Shown piece by piece: positions 47,115-57,389 of a stretch of DNA of 64,000 nt. A program made the position numbers and the translations under genes. The stretch lies in assembly GCA_964654445.1 (NCBI GenBank), contig CAZZIS010000004.1, forward strand, positions 2,898 through 66,897, written 5' to 3'. The notes beneath the pieces are model-generated. The model was given only the letters and a program-made list of their open reading frames with translations. It was not told the DNA's origin and searched no databases. Position 1 is the stretch's first letter; each line of letters opens with the position of its first letter. Source of the DNA: an uncultured Thioalkalispiraceae bacterium. GTDB taxonomy: Bacteria; Pseudomonadota; Gammaproteobacteria; UBA6429; Thiohalophilaceae.

Positions 47115-47768
47115 TTAATTTAAAAGCCATTGATGTAAGTCTTTTATATTATCTACACAGGTTAATGGATTGCAATCGAGTAATCGCTCTTTTTCATGTA
47201 CGCCGTATGAAACAGCAATTGAATGTGTCGCTGCATTATTAGCCATCTGTAGATCGTAATCGGTATCACCCACCATAATTGTTTCATTTGCTTCAACACC
47301 ATACCAATCGATTATTTCCAGAAGCATTTGTGGATGAGGTTTGGAATGAGATTCGTCTGCGCAACGAGTAATGGGAAAAAACTCACCCAGACCTGTTTCT
47401 TTCAGTGATTTATCAAGACCATTTCGCCCCTTGCCTGTTGCAACAGCTAAAAAGTAATCTTGTGCGTGTAATGTTTCAATTAACTCACGAGCACCGGAAA
47501 ATAATTCACAGGGTTCTTTTTCCTGGTTAAAAAAATGTTCACGATATCGTGTCGTTAATACATTGAGTTCTTCATTATTAGCTTCCGGACATAAAACATG
47601 AAGAGCTTCACGTAAGCCTAGTCCTATAATGTTTTTTATTTCATCATCGCTTTTTTCTGGTAGTTCAAGATCTGTCAGTGCCGTTTGCAGACAAGCAACA
47701 ATGTGTGCAGCAGAATCCATCAGGGTTCCATCCCAGTCAAATACAATGAGTTTGGCTCTATGATTCAT
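47115..47768 (-). CDS. HAD-superfamily hydrolase (phosphoglycolate-phosphatase-like)
   Basis: 217 aa. Motif I is LIVFDWDGTLMDS and motif IV is VGDTDYD. Same position next to rluC as in Pseudomonas. Confidence 0.8.
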   Translation of the reverse strand: MNHRAKLIVFDWDGTLMDSAAHIVACLQTALTDLELPEKSDDEIKNIIGLGLREALHVLCPEANNEELNVLTTRYREHFFNQEKEPCELFSGARELIETLHAQDYFLAVATGKGRNGLDKSLKETGLGEFFPITRCADESHSKPHPQMLLEIIDWYGVEANETIMVGDTDYDLQMANNAATHSIAVSYGVHEKERLLDCNPLTCVDNIKDLHQWLLN

Positions 47769-48763
47769 AATTCTATTTGTAACCGCTTTAATACATTTAC
47801 AAGAGTTTCATCAAGTGGTGCTTCAACATATATAGGTATATCTTCACCCGTTTCAATATCGGGTAAGTGAAATTTTAATGAAAATGCATGCAAAAACAAG
47901 CGTTTTAGACCTTTGCTTTTTAAATAGCGATTAAATTCATCGTCACCATACTTATCATCACCCGCGATAGGGTAACCAATATGTTTTGCATGTACGCGAA
48001 TTTGATGAGTGCGGCCGGTATCAAGTTTTACGCTCATTAAACTGGCTTCATCACCCACAGAATATGGGATGAACTGGGTACGGGCGTGCTTGCCCCCTTT
48101 ATTACCTTCAGTATCAACAAAGACAAGACGCTCTCCGGAACAGACTACATTTTTTAATAAGGGGGCATCAACCCACTTACTCGTGCCCTTCCACTTACCT
48201 TTTAATAAGGTTAAGTAACGCTTATCCATCGTGCCTTCGCGCAACTGTTCATGTAAACGTCTTAATGCACTTCGTTTTTTAGCAATAATCAGGCAGCCTG
48301 AGGTATCTCGATCCAGCCGGTGCACCAGTTCAAGATTTTTATCATTTGGACGCAATTCACGAAGAGCTTCAATAAGACCATAACTGAGTCCACTACCACC
48401 ATGAACCGCAAGGCCTGCGGGTTTATTTAGCACCATAATTCGCTTGTCTTCAAATAATATACGTGACTCAATCTGTTTTAAGACCTTATCGGATGCTTTT
48501 CCGGGTGCTTTTTTCTCAGCTTGACGTACAGGTGGAATACGCACCATATCACCCTCTTTGAGACGATATTCAGGCTTTATCCGGCCTTTATTCACCCTTA
48601 CCTCACCTTTACGTACAATCCGGTAAACCAGGCTTTTTGGAACACCATTCAACTGACACATTAGGTAATTATCGATGCGCTGACCTGCATGATCAGCACT
48701 TATCTCGACAAATTGGACCTTAGGAGTTTGTGTGGGAGCTTGAGATTCATCTTTTGGCGACAT
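47765..48763 (-). CDS. rluC: 23S rRNA pseudouridine synthase RluC
   Basis: 332 aa. S4 domain followed by the RluA-family catalytic motif HRLDRDTSGCLIIAK. It is divergent from rne, as in enterobacteria and pseudomonads. Confidence 0.88.
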   Translation of the reverse strand: MSPKDESQAPTQTPKVQFVEISADHAGQRIDNYLMCQLNGVPKSLVYRIVRKGEVRVNKGRIKPEYRLKEGDMVRIPPVRQAEKKAPGKASDKVLKQIESRILFEDKRIMVLNKPAGLAVHGGSGLSYGLIEALRELRPNDKNLELVHRLDRDTSGCLIIAKKRSALRRLHEQLREGTMDKRYLTLLKGKWKGTSKWVDAPLLKNVVCSGERLVFVDTEGNKGGKHARTQFIPYSVGDEASLMSVKLDTGRTHQIRVHAKHIGYPIAGDDKYGDDEFNRYLKSKGLKRLFLHAFSLKFHLPDIETGEDIPIYVEAPLDETLVNVLKRLQIEL

Positions 48764-48803
48764 TTGCGCATTGTAGCAGTATTAATGCCTTATGAAACAA
48801 GCA

Positions 48804-48832
48804 TTGATGCTTCATGCTAACACTGGTATATT
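48804..48832 (+). promoter_or_regulatory. candidate sigma70 promoter of rne (TTGATG-N17-TATATT)
   Basis: Read directly: the -35 is at 48804-48809 and the -10 at 48827-48832 with a 17-nt spacer. This would give a leader of about 385 nt, close to the long E. coli rne leader. Confidence 0.45.
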
Positions 48833-48839
48833 GGTCACA

Positions 48840-49225
48840 AGTGTTTGGAATTACACACAAAATTTTTCCGGTCTGCACCTCGTTTTACCTGATTACCAGG
48901 TCGCGAAAACAGTAGATTTAACGACACTATATAGAGTTTAGCAACATGCGAATTATCGGATGTTGATAGAAGCAAGAGCCCCGCAATCTACATAAAAGCA
49001 TATTTGCTTATGTATAGCGGAGTAACTTAAAAAATTAACTGCGCTCCCACGGCCAGAATCGAAACAGGCCGGTGGAGACTGAAAGTAAATTAAAACCTGG
49101 CGGCTCCTTAGGGAGATTTAATTCAGGCGCTGAATTTTTCAGCAGCGGGTTTTAATTAACATACAGTCCAACTGATCGGCTATGCCGACTTACCCGGTGG
49201 TTGAGCGCCAGGTAAAGGTTTAATA
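48840..49225 (+). promoter_or_regulatory. long structured rne 5' untranslated leader (probable RNase E autoregulatory element)
   Basis: The rluC-rne spacer is 462 bp with several stem-loops, for example CTCCCACGGCC...GGCCGGTGGAG, GCGCTGAATTTTTCAGCAGCG and CTACATAAAAGCATATTTGCTTATGTATAG. E. coli rne is autoregulated through hairpins in its 5' UTR. Confidence 0.5.
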
Positions 49226-51640
49226 ATGAAGAGAATGCTATTTAATGCAACTCAGTCAGAAGAGTTGCGTGTAGCGTTGGTAGATGGCCAACGTTTATAT
49301 GATCTAGACATCGAAACCGCGATCCGCGAAACCAAAAAGTCTAATATCTACAAAGCTAAAATCACCCGGGTTGAGCCTAGTCTTGAAGCTGCCTTTGTAG
49401 ACTATGGAGCTGAACGTCATGGCTTTTTACCGCTAAAAGAAATTTCACGAATCTATTTTAAAGATGGTGTCGAAACTTCAGGTCGCGTTAACATTAAAGA
49501 AGTTGTTCGCGAAGGCCAGGAGATTGTTATCCAGGTTGCTAAAGAAGAACGTGGTAACAAAGGTGCAGCACTGACTACTTTTATCAGTCTTGCCGGTCGT
49601 TACTCAGTGTTAATGCCAAATAATCCTCGTGCAGGTGGTGTTTCACGTCGTATCGAGGGTGAAGCGCGCAGTGAAGCACGTGAAGCCTTGTCTGCTATCG
49701 AAATTCCTGCAGACATGGGTTTAATTATCCGCACAGCAGGTATTGGTAAAAGCGTTGAAGAGCTGCAATGGGATTTAGATTATTTAATGAATCTTTGGGG
49801 TTCAATAGATAATGCATCTAAAAATCGTTCAGCACCTTTTTTGATTTACCAGGAAAGCAGCCTTATCACTCGTACTATCCGTGATTACTTCCGTAATGAT
49901 ATTAATGAAGTCATTATCGATGAACCGGCTATTTATGAACAGGCTCGTCAGTTCATGGAACAGGTTATGCCGAATAACCTGCATAAAGTTAAACTTTATG
50001 ATGATCCTGTTCCGTTATTCACTCGTTATCAAATAGAAACACAAATAGAATCTGCATTCCAGCGTGAAGTACGTTTACCTTCTGGTGGTGCTTTGGTTAT
50101 CGATCATACTGAAGCGTTAATTTCTATCGATATTAACTCTGCTCGTGCGACTAAGGGCGGAGATATTGAAGAAACAGCATTAAATACCAACCTCGAAGCC
50201 GCAGACGAAATTGCGCGCCAGTTAAGACTGCGTGACTTAGGTGGATTAGTTGTTATTGATTTCATCGATATGTCACCGGCTAAAAATCAACGTGAAGTTG
50301 AAAACAGAATGCGTGATGCTTTAAAAGTTGATCGTGCCCGGGTTCAGGTTGGACGTATTTCCCGTTTTGGTTTACTCGAAATGTCACGCCAACGCTTACG
50401 TTCATCATTAGGTGAATCAAGTCAGTTGGTTTGTCCACGTTGCAGTGGCCAGGGTACCATTCGTGGTATTGAGTCGAGCGCACTTTCTATTCTTCGTATT
50501 GTAGAAGAAGAATCAATGAAAGAAAAAACTGCACGCATTATTGCGCAAGTTCCCGTTGATGTTGCTACATTTTTGCTAAATGAAAAACGTGAAATATTAT
50601 TTGATATTGAAAAACGCCAAAACATTAAAGTTTTACTGATACCAAATCGCGATATGGAAACTCCACACTATACGGTTAAGCGTATTCGTGACGATGAAAC
50701 CTCAGAAGATTCTTCGCAAAGTAGTTATAACCTGGTTGATATATCAACAGAATCAAATTTGGAAAATATCGTCACGCCTGAAACCAGGAAAGTGACTAAA
50801 GAAGAACCTGTTGTTAAGTCAGTTGCTCCTGTAACACCCCGCCCTGCTGCAAAATCAAATCAGCCTAATATTTTAGTTCGTATATGGCAATTATTGTTTG
50901 GAACAGGTCAAAGCAAGAAAACGAAAGCGACTAAGAAAGGTCAACAACGCCATCGTACTACTGGACGTAATCAAAGTCGTCGTACTGGACAGCAACAACG
51001 CCGTCCGGGAAAGACGCAACAACGAAAACCAGCTGAAAGTAAACAAAAGCAACAACAGAAAAAAGTGCCTGAAGCACGCGATAATAAGGGTACTCAAAAA
51101 GATAATAGCCAAAGCCAATCTCAACAAGCACAAAATCGGCGTGGTAAACGCGGTGGTCGTCGTCGTGGTGCTCGTAATCAAAATGAGAATGCGAATAAAA
51201 CTCAGACTGAAGAAAATATAAATACATCATCAGCACAATCACAGCCTCAAGCTCAAGTTAAAGCTAAAGATGTTGCAGAAAATAAACCAGCAACAGTGCC
51301 TTCAGCTCAAAAGCAAAGTCCACAAGCGAATGTTGTTAAAGAAAAACCTGCTTCAGTTAAAACTGAAGCACCTGTGTTTCATGAAACACCTAAACCACAG
51401 GCAAAAAAGGTAGAAACTGAAAAATCTGTTATGACGCAAATTGAAACAAAATTGCCTGTAGCTAAAATAAAGCCTGCTGAAAAAACAGTTATGAATAAGC
51501 CGGTAGTACAAAATACAGAAGCGAGTAAACAGAAAACAGCTAATGAAGAAACTAAGGTAACAACAAAAGAAACTTCTGCAGCAGTAGCGCCAGTCACTAA
51601 AGCAGAGTTAAAACAGGTCTTCACAAAGTCCAATGAATAA
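49226..51640 (+). CDS. rne: ribonuclease E
   Basis: 804 aa. [31 protein letters not shown]-terminus, the S1 / 5'-sensor / DNase I-like catalytic half including the CPRCSGQG zinc link, and an R/Q/K-rich low-complexity scaffold C-terminus. Confidence 0.95.
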   Translation: MKRMLFNATQSEELRVALVDGQRLYDLDIETAIRETKKSNIYKAKITRVEPSLEAAFVDYGAERHGFLPLKEISRIYFKDGVETSGRVNIKEVVREGQEIVIQVAKEERGNKGAALTTFISLAGRYSVLMPNNPRAGGVSRRIEGEARSEAREALSAIEIPADMGLIIRTAGIGKSVEELQWDLDYLMNLWGSIDNASKNRSAPFLIYQESSLITRTIRDYFRNDINEVIIDEPAIYEQARQFMEQVMPNNLHKVKLYDDPVPLFTRYQIETQIESAFQREVRLPSGGALVIDHTEALISIDINSARATKGGDIEETALNTNLEAADEIARQLRLRDLGGLVVIDFIDMSPAKNQREVENRMRDALKVDRARVQVGRISRFGLLEMSRQRLRSSLGESSQLVCPRCSGQGTIRGIESSALSILRIVEEESMKEKTARIIAQVPVDVATFLLNEKREILFDIEKRQNIKVLLIPNRDMETPHYTVKRIRDDETSEDSSQSSYNLVDISTESNLENIVTPETRKVTKEEPVVKSVAPVTPRPAAKSNQPNILVRIWQLLFGTGQSKKTKATKKGQQRHRTTGRNQSRRTGQQQRRPGKTQQRKPAESKQKQQQKKVPEARDNKGTQKDNSQSQSQQAQNRRGKRGGRRRGARNQNENANKTQTEENINTSSAQSQPQAQVKAKDVAENKPATVPSAQKQSPQANVVKEKPASVKTEAPVFHETPKPQAKKVETEKSVMTQIETKLPVAKIKPAEKTVMNKPVVQNTEASKQKTANEETKVTTKETSAAVAPVTKAELKQVFTKSNE

Positions 51641-51704
51641 ATATTAACCCCATAGCAATCAAACTATGAGGGTTTAGTTTATATATTGTTTTCTTAAGTC
51701 AAAT

Positions 51705-51736
51705 AAAAAATCCGTAGAATACTACGGATTTTTTTT
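51705..51736. terminator. bidirectional rho-independent terminator between rne and the DUF2802 gene
   Basis: AAAAAATCCGTAG-AATA-CTACGGATTTTTTTT. A second hairpin, GCGAGGGT-N8-ACCCTCGC, lies at 51737-51760. Confidence 0.75.
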
Positions 51737-51777
51737 GCGAGGGTGATAAAGAACCCTCGCTACTTTTTATATTTTTA

Positions 51778-52224
51778 TTAAGAAGCTTTATCCAGGCGAT
51801 GCATCATACTGACAAGCTCAGATTCTGATTTACTTAAGCCACAAACATTTACAATATCATCTACACTTGCTCCCGTTTGCGCCATACGAATAGCCTGTTC
51901 ATAGGGCTGATTAGATGTGTTGTATAATTCAACCGGTTTTGTAGTCATGTTATATGATGGGTGTTGTTGATCTTGAGTCGCCACAACAACAGGATGCTTA
52001 CGTTGATTTCTCTCTATTTCTAAAACACGTCCGCCAACGCCTACTGCTGCATTAGCTAAAGCGCGCAAATCACGTTGTAATGACTGCATAGAAAGCGACT
52101 GGAGTTCTTGCTGTTTTCTTTGGCGTTTAAAGGCAGCTAAACTCATTACAAGAACCACAGCAACTGAAATCATTAGCCATTCTGCAATAGTTAAAATATG
52201 TAGATATTGAGTAAATTGCTCCAT
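51778..52224 (-). CDS. DUF2802-type protein, last gene of the chemotaxis/flagellar cluster
   Basis: 148 aa. N-terminal TM helix, a coiled segment and a C-terminal ...DDIVNVCGLSKSESELVSMM helix-turn-helix-like tail. It sits after cheW, as in Pseudomonas and Vibrio clusters. Confidence 0.65.
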   Translation of the reverse strand: MEQFTQYLHILTIAEWLMISVAVVLVMSLAAFKRQRKQQELQSLSMQSLQRDLRALANAAVGVGGRVLEIERNQRKHPVVVATQDQQHPSYNMTTKPVELYNTSNQPYEQAIRMAQTGASVDDIVNVCGLSKSESELVSMMHRLDKAS

Positions 52225-52482
52225 TGACTTTCTCTCTGTGGTTAGTTTTGATTAATGAATATTGTTTAAGCATATTCATCAATATTTTTACCAGGTCCAT
52301 CTTCTTGCATTTCATTTTTATCTTTTTGCTTTTTATTGCGTTGCTGATTTTGTGATGGCTTATCTTTCAGAGCAGACTTTTCTATTGGCCGACCTGGAGG
52401 AGCTGGCCAAAGATTTGTGATTTTATCAGATCTACCTATGTCTACCATTTTACTCTATAACAGTTGATATGAATTGCCTCGC

Positions 52483-52959
52483 TTATAAAGAAGCAACCTC
52501 CTGCCATTCCTCATCAGATAGTAATTTATTTACATCTACTAATATTAATAATTCATCATCTCGACTTGAAACACCTTGTATATACTTAGAACTTTCATCA
52601 TTGCCTACATTAGGTGCGGTCTCAATCTCTGAAACTTTTAAGTCAACAACTTCAGCAACACTATCAACCAGAATGCCTACAACATTATTATTTGCTTCTA
52701 TAATAACAATTCTTGTCTCATCATCCGAATCTACGTCTGGCAAACCAAAGCGTCTGCGAGTATCTATTACGGTAACAACATTACCGCGTAAATTAATAAT
52801 GCCTAAAACATAGTGTGGCGCACCCGGAACAGGAGCAATCTCTGTCATGCGTAATACTTCTTGAACTTGCATAACTTTGATGCCGTATTTTTCACCCTCT
52901 AAATGGAACGTTACCCATTGGACAATCGTATCATCATTATCTTCAGCCACATCATTCAT
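52483..52959 (-). CDS. cheW: chemotaxis coupling protein CheW
   Basis: 158 aa. VTFHLEGEKYGIKVMQVQEVLR...GIINLRGNVVTVID is a typical CheW domain. Confidence 0.92.
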   Translation of the reverse strand: MNDVAEDNDDTIVQWVTFHLEGEKYGIKVMQVQEVLRMTEIAPVPGAPHYVLGIINLRGNVVTVIDTRRRFGLPDVDSDDETRIVIIEANNNVVGILVDSVAEVVDLKVSEIETAPNVGNDESSKYIQGVSSRDDELLILVDVNKLLSDEEWQEVASL

Positions 52960-53083
52960 TTATTACTCTCCTGTTTCATTAGGGACGGAGATAATAGTGT
53001 CAATTTTCTGACACGCACCTGTCCCTACTTACTAATACTGCATTAAATATGCCAAATATTTCTGAAATTTAAGAGACATTCTC

Positions 53084-53854
53084 TTAATCTGATTCTTCAT
53101 GGCCCTTGTCAAGCATTGCTGAAAAACCTTCACTGTTCAATAATGCACACATATGTTCAATAACCGTTCCCGCTAACCAATCACGACTGGTTTTAGACGT
53201 TCTCCAGCGCACCTCATCGGGTTGTAACGTAATAACTTCACCTATACTGTCACAAGCAAGCCCCCACCGATAATCATCAATTAAGACGATATGGTTGACT
53301 CTATCACGCGGGTTGTCTCCAGTAAGTTGTGCAAGTTTATTTGTGGGTAACACCATACAGGCTGTATCAATAACCGCTATTTTATAGTCCAAATGCTGCA
53401 ATATTCCCATGTAGAAATCAGCATGCCCCGGCATTTCTGTTACGGTATCTTTCCATTCAATTACACCGCATAAATCAATTAATGGTACTGCCAATTTTAA
53501 ACCGGCCACCTCAAATAACAGAATTTGAAAGGGTTCATTTGCCCATTCAGGAACAATAGCTGCAGTAGTTGCTTCTTCTTCATTTAAAGCAACTTCAGTT
53601 TGTACCTTGTTTTCTATAATCACATCTTGCTGAAGTTTAATTTCAGGTGTTGCTTTAATCACAGTCTGTTCTGGTATGTCCAGTTTTACTTCATGGGTTT
53701 TATCTTCTATGAGGGTGGTAACTGATGGTGTTTCTGTTACAGGTTTGGTTTCAGGAGTAGCAAGTTCGACTTCAGGTTCACGTAAGAGTGAATCTAAAAA
53801 TAAAGAAACAGCAAGTTTCTCATCAAGTAATGTATTGGAGTTATTCGAAGCCAT
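53084..53854 (-). CDS. CheW-domain protein (ParP-like partner of the ParA-like ATPase)
   Basis: 256 aa. T/E/V-rich N-terminal linker and a C-terminal CheW-like domain (FQILLFEVAGLKLAVPL...). It lies immediately downstream of the ParA-like gene. Confidence 0.7.
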   Translation of the reverse strand: MASNNSNTLLDEKLAVSLFLDSLLREPEVELATPETKPVTETPSVTTLIEDKTHEVKLDIPEQTVIKATPEIKLQQDVIIENKVQTEVALNEEEATTAAIVPEWANEPFQILLFEVAGLKLAVPLIDLCGVIEWKDTVTEMPGHADFYMGILQHLDYKIAVIDTACMVLPTNKLAQLTGDNPRDRVNHIVLIDDYRWGLACDSIGEVITLQPDEVRWRTSKTSRDWLAGTVIEHMCALLNSEGFSAMLDKGHEESD

Positions 53855-53855
53855 C

Positions 53856-54653
53856 CTATGAACTCACCAATTTTAAATGCCGTTCCTGTTCAGGCTGAAG
53901 TAAAAAATTCAACAATGCTTCGTAGGCCTTTGAGCCACGTGTTGATCTATTCATCAAAGAAATAGGTAATCCCTGCCGGCTAGCCTCACGAAATTGTGTA
54001 TCAACAGGGATAACAGATGGCCAAACTGACTCTCCGTATTTTTCACGTAGTGTACGTAAACTTTGTATTGATGCTCGTGTACGGCGATCGAACATAGTTG
54101 GCACTATTATCGATTGTAAAGGTGTTTTTCTTGATTTTGTAATCATCTCTAGTGTGTTCATCATTCGTTCTAATCCTTTTAGGGCCAAAAACTCCGTTTG
54201 TACTGGTAACAGCAAACTGTCACAAGCAGCCAACGCATTAACCATTAAAATACCTAACATCGGTAAACAATCGATCAATACGTAATCAAAATGCTCTTCT
54301 AATGCAACTAATGATTTTTTAAGTACTAATCCTTTACCTTCTTTTGTTCCGAGTTGACGATCCAGAGTTGCCATTGCCGTAGATGCAGGAAGTAGTTTTA
54401 AGTGATCTACTTTTGTCTCAGTCAACAAAGGTGAAACAGTTTGGTAGGAAAAATCATTAAGTTTAAATAAAGAATAAATACTTTGTGGCATATCATCCGG
54501 ATCAAAACCAAAATAAGAGGTCATTGAACCTTGAGGATCCATATCAATTAACAGTACACGAGAACCTTGTGTCGCCAAATGACCTGCTAGCGAGACAGCA
54601 GTCGTTGTTTTACCGACCCCGCCTTTTTGGTTGGCTATTGCCCAAATTTTCAC
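53856..54653 (-). CDS. ParA/MinD-family ATPase of the chemotaxis cluster (ParC-like array-positioning ATPase)
   Basis: 265 aa with the deviant Walker A motif NQKGGVGKTTTAVSLA. It lies between motB and the CheW-like gene, as in Vibrio and Pseudomonas. Confidence 0.8.
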   Translation of the reverse strand: MKIWAIANQKGGVGKTTTAVSLAGHLATQGSRVLLIDMDPQGSMTSYFGFDPDDMPQSIYSLFKLNDFSYQTVSPLLTETKVDHLKLLPASTAMATLDRQLGTKEGKGLVLKKSLVALEEHFDYVLIDCLPMLGILMVNALAACDSLLLPVQTEFLALKGLERMMNTLEMITKSRKTPLQSIIVPTMFDRRTRASIQSLRTLREKYGESVWPSVIPVDTQFREASRQGLPISLMNRSTRGSKAYEALLNFLLQPEQERHLKLVSS

Positions 54654-55498
54654 AATGCACCTTCCGATCTCACTTTTTTACTGTTTGTTGAAGGTATACC
54701 CTCTTTTTTAGATTGACCTGGACTACGATCAATTTCTACTATACGGCGTGCGTTTTTATCTGCCAAAATCACAACTTTGACCCGGCGATTACGTAACCTT
54801 CCGGCTGATGTTGCATTGCTTGAAATGGGCCGGAATTCTGCGTAACCAATGGAAGATAAACGTTTTGGATTAACACCATATCGTGAAAACAAATGTACTA
54901 CACTGGCTGCACGGGCAGCTGAGAGTTCCCAGTTTGAAGGAAATTGTTCATTATTAATGGGAACATTGTCTGTATGACCTTCAACATCAATTGAGTTCGG
55001 TAATTTTTTTAATACCTCAGCCAACGCCTTCAGAGCTGGAAAGGCCTCCTCTTCCAGTTCAGAATCAGCACTGGAAAATAAAATTTTGCTATTCATTTCA
55101 ATCTCAACCCAGAGTTTATGCTGAGTGACATTAATTAAACCTTTATCAATAAGTGGTTGAACAGATTTGCTGACTGTTTCAGCAATCTGTTTCATCTCCC
55201 GTTCATAAGTACGCTCTGATTTGGGTAATATTTTTATTGGTTTGATAATTTTAACCACATTAGAACTACTGACTACTTTATTTTCTTTGCCAATTTGAAT
55301 AGGCTCAGGAGATTTAGGGACAACTTTAAATGCTTCGTTCATAGTATCAGCAAGTACACGATACTTCCCTTCATTGACTGAAGACATTGCATACATCACA
55401 ACAAAGAAAGCAAATAGTAGTGTTACAAAATCAGCATATGACACCATCCAACGATCGGTGTTATCAGATTCATGTGGGATAGGTTTTCTTCTGGCCAT
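54650..55498 (-). CDS. motB: flagellar stator protein MotB/MotD (OmpA-like peptidoglycan-binding domain)
   Basis: 282 aa. RWMVSYADFVTLLFAFFVV plug/TM region with the conserved Asp, and a C-terminal OmpA-like domain (GHTDNVPI...NRRV). Confidence 0.9.
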   Translation of the reverse strand: MARRKPIPHESDNTDRWMVSYADFVTLLFAFFVVMYAMSSVNEGKYRVLADTMNEAFKVVPKSPEPIQIGKENKVVSSSNVVKIIKPIKILPKSERTYEREMKQIAETVSKSVQPLIDKGLINVTQHKLWVEIEMNSKILFSSADSELEEEAFPALKALAEVLKKLPNSIDVEGHTDNVPINNEQFPSNWELSAARAASVVHLFSRYGVNPKRLSSIGYAEFRPISSNATSAGRLRNRRVKVVILADKNARRIVEIDRSPGQSKKEGIPSTNSKKVRSEGAL

Positions 55499-55517
55499 AA
55501 TTCATACCTGATAATTA

Positions 55518-56264
55518 TCAGTGTAGAAAACCTAAAAGCTTTGTTTCAATATTGCGTGGATTTTCACCTTCAGCAATTGAGACTAAACCTTCAACAATCA
55601 TTTCATTGAAATGTGCATCACTAATAACAATACTTTTTAATTTATTTGCAACAGGTAATAAAACAAGGTTAGCTAAAGCAACACCATAGATAGTTGCAAC
55701 AAAAGCAACAGCAATGCCTCCACCTAACTTACTTGGATCAGACAAATTTCCCATCACCTGAATTAATCCTAAAACTGCACCAATAATACCGATCGTCGGG
55801 CTATATCCACCCATACTTTCAAAGACACGTGCAGCTTGAATATCAAAATTTTCACGGGTATGTATATCCACTTCCATAATCGTACGAATTGCTTCAGGTT
55901 CACTTCCATCAATTAATAATTGCAAACCTTTTTTTGAAAATGGATCACTTTCTACATCTTCAAGATTTTCCAGACCTAATAATCCTTCACGTCGAGCGAT
56001 ATTACTCCAGCTAATTATTTTTTGAATAACGACTTCACTATCAAATTGCGGGGTTCTTATTGTCCACCACAACATTTTGATTGCTCGCACAAAAACCATT
56101 ACTGGTGATTGCAGCATGACGGCACCTAATGTACCTCCAATAACAATGAGTGCTGCAGGGCCATTGATTAATGTCGACATTGCACCGCCTTCAAGCTGTT
56201 GTCCAATCAAAATGGCGGAAACACCTATAATCAGGCCTAAAATTGTTAAATAATCTATTCTCAT
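55518..56264 (-). CDS. motA: flagellar stator protein MotA/MotC
   Basis: 248 aa, a four-TM MotA/TolQ/ExbB-family protein. It overlaps cheB by 4 nt. Confidence 0.9.
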   Translation of the reverse strand: MRIDYLTILGLIIGVSAILIGQQLEGGAMSTLINGPAALIVIGGTLGAVMLQSPVMVFVRAIKMLWWTIRTPQFDSEVVIQKIISWSNIARREGLLGLENLEDVESDPFSKKGLQLLIDGSEPEAIRTIMEVDIHTRENFDIQAARVFESMGGYSPTIGIIGAVLGLIQVMGNLSDPSKLGGGIAVAFVATIYGVALANLVLLPVANKLKSIVISDAHFNEMIVEGLVSIAEGENPRNIETKLLGFLH

Positions 56265-57337
56265 ATACGTTTAATAATCGCTTGTGAAAAATCCTCTATA
56301 CTTAATACTTTATCTGCCAAACCAGCATCAACAATGGCGGCAGGCATTCCATAAACAACACAGCTTTCTTCATCTTGAGCCCATACTTCTGAACCTTGTG
56401 CTTTTAACATGCGAGCACCTTCACGTCCGTCTGCTCCCATGCCGGTTAATACAATCGCCAGTGTTTTTGCTGGATATATTTTATTAACAGAACGAAAAGT
56501 AACGTCTACTGAAGGTTTATATGTAAGGCTTGGTTCACTTTCTATAATTCGAATAACTGCATTACCAGCACGTCCTTCAATTAACATTTGCTTGCCACCG
56601 GGAGCCAGCAATGCAAGACCTGGCTTTAATTGATCACCATCTACGGCCTCTTTAACATTGATTCTACAAAGCTGATCCAATCTCTTGGCAAATGCGGGGG
56701 TAAAAGTTGCTGGCATATGTTGAATCATCACAATAGGTTTTGAAAAATTTGCGGGTAAATTAACGAGAATATTTTGTAATGCCAAAGGTCCACCTGTTGA
56801 TGTTCCTATGGCAACTAAATCAATACCACCTGACTTGCCGATTTTAACTGCCGGTCTTTTTACAAGCGAAACATCATCAATTGATTTGCTTGTTACTGGA
56901 GTTGTAGCACTCTTAGGCACAATTTTTCGTAGCGTATGTTTTTTTTGTGCAATTGCACGTACACGCTGACAAAGTAATTTTTTAGCTTCATCCCGATCCT
57001 TGGATATATCTTCAAAACGTTTAGGTAAGAAATCTAATGCACCCGCTTCAAGTGCATTAAATGTTGCTTTAGCACCTTCAGTAGTAAGAGAAGAAAACAT
57101 TATTATAGGAACAGGGTTTGATGCCATGATTTTTTTAGTTGCTTTAATACCATCCATGACAGGCATTTCTATATCCATTGTTATAACATCAGGTTTAAGT
57201 TCAATGGCTTTATCAATCGCTTCCTGACCATTTGCAGCATCGCCGACTACTGTTAGTAAAGGATCTTCTTCCAGAATTTCTTTTACCCGACGCCGAAAAA
57301 AACCGGAATCATCTACAACCAGGACACGGGTTGTCAT
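56261..57337 (-). CDS. cheB: chemotaxis response regulator protein-glutamate methylesterase
   Basis: 358 aa. REC domain (RVLVVDDSGFFRR...DVITMDIEMPVMDG) and the CheB methylesterase domain (AIGTSTGGP, HMP, GMGADG). Confidence 0.95.
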   Translation of the reverse strand: MTTRVLVVDDSGFFRRRVKEILEEDPLLTVVGDAANGQEAIDKAIELKPDVITMDIEMPVMDGIKATKKIMASNPVPIIMFSSLTTEGAKATFNALEAGALDFLPKRFEDISKDRDEAKKLLCQRVRAIAQKKHTLRKIVPKSATTPVTSKSIDDVSLVKRPAVKIGKSGGIDLVAIGTSTGGPLALQNILVNLPANFSKPIVMIQHMPATFTPAFAKRLDQLCRINVKEAVDGDQLKPGLALLAPGGKQMLIEGRAGNAVIRIIESEPSLTYKPSVDVTFRSVNKIYPAKTLAIVLTGMGADGREGARMLKAQGSEVWAQDEESCVVYGMPAAIVDAGLADKVLSIEDFSQAIIKRI

Positions 57338-57389
57338 TCACTTATCCTCTTTAAATTTTGTTATCATAAACGCAATTCAATCATCAGTA

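Noticed and set aside
50891-51242. Three overlapping ORFs (50891-51181 minus, 50898-51221 plus, 50958-51242 minus) in the rne 3' half.
   Set aside because: They are frame-shadow ORFs produced by the repetitive R/Q/K-rich scaffold-coding DNA of RNase E. The in-frame rne ORF is continuous through the region.
52266-52448. 60-aa K/Q-rich minus-strand ORF in the 258-bp gap between cheW and the DUF2802 gene.
   Set aside because: It could be a real small protein. However, it has no recognisable motif, a low-complexity basic composition and no clear ribosome-binding site, so it is left uncalled. Ribosome profiling or conservation analysis would decide.
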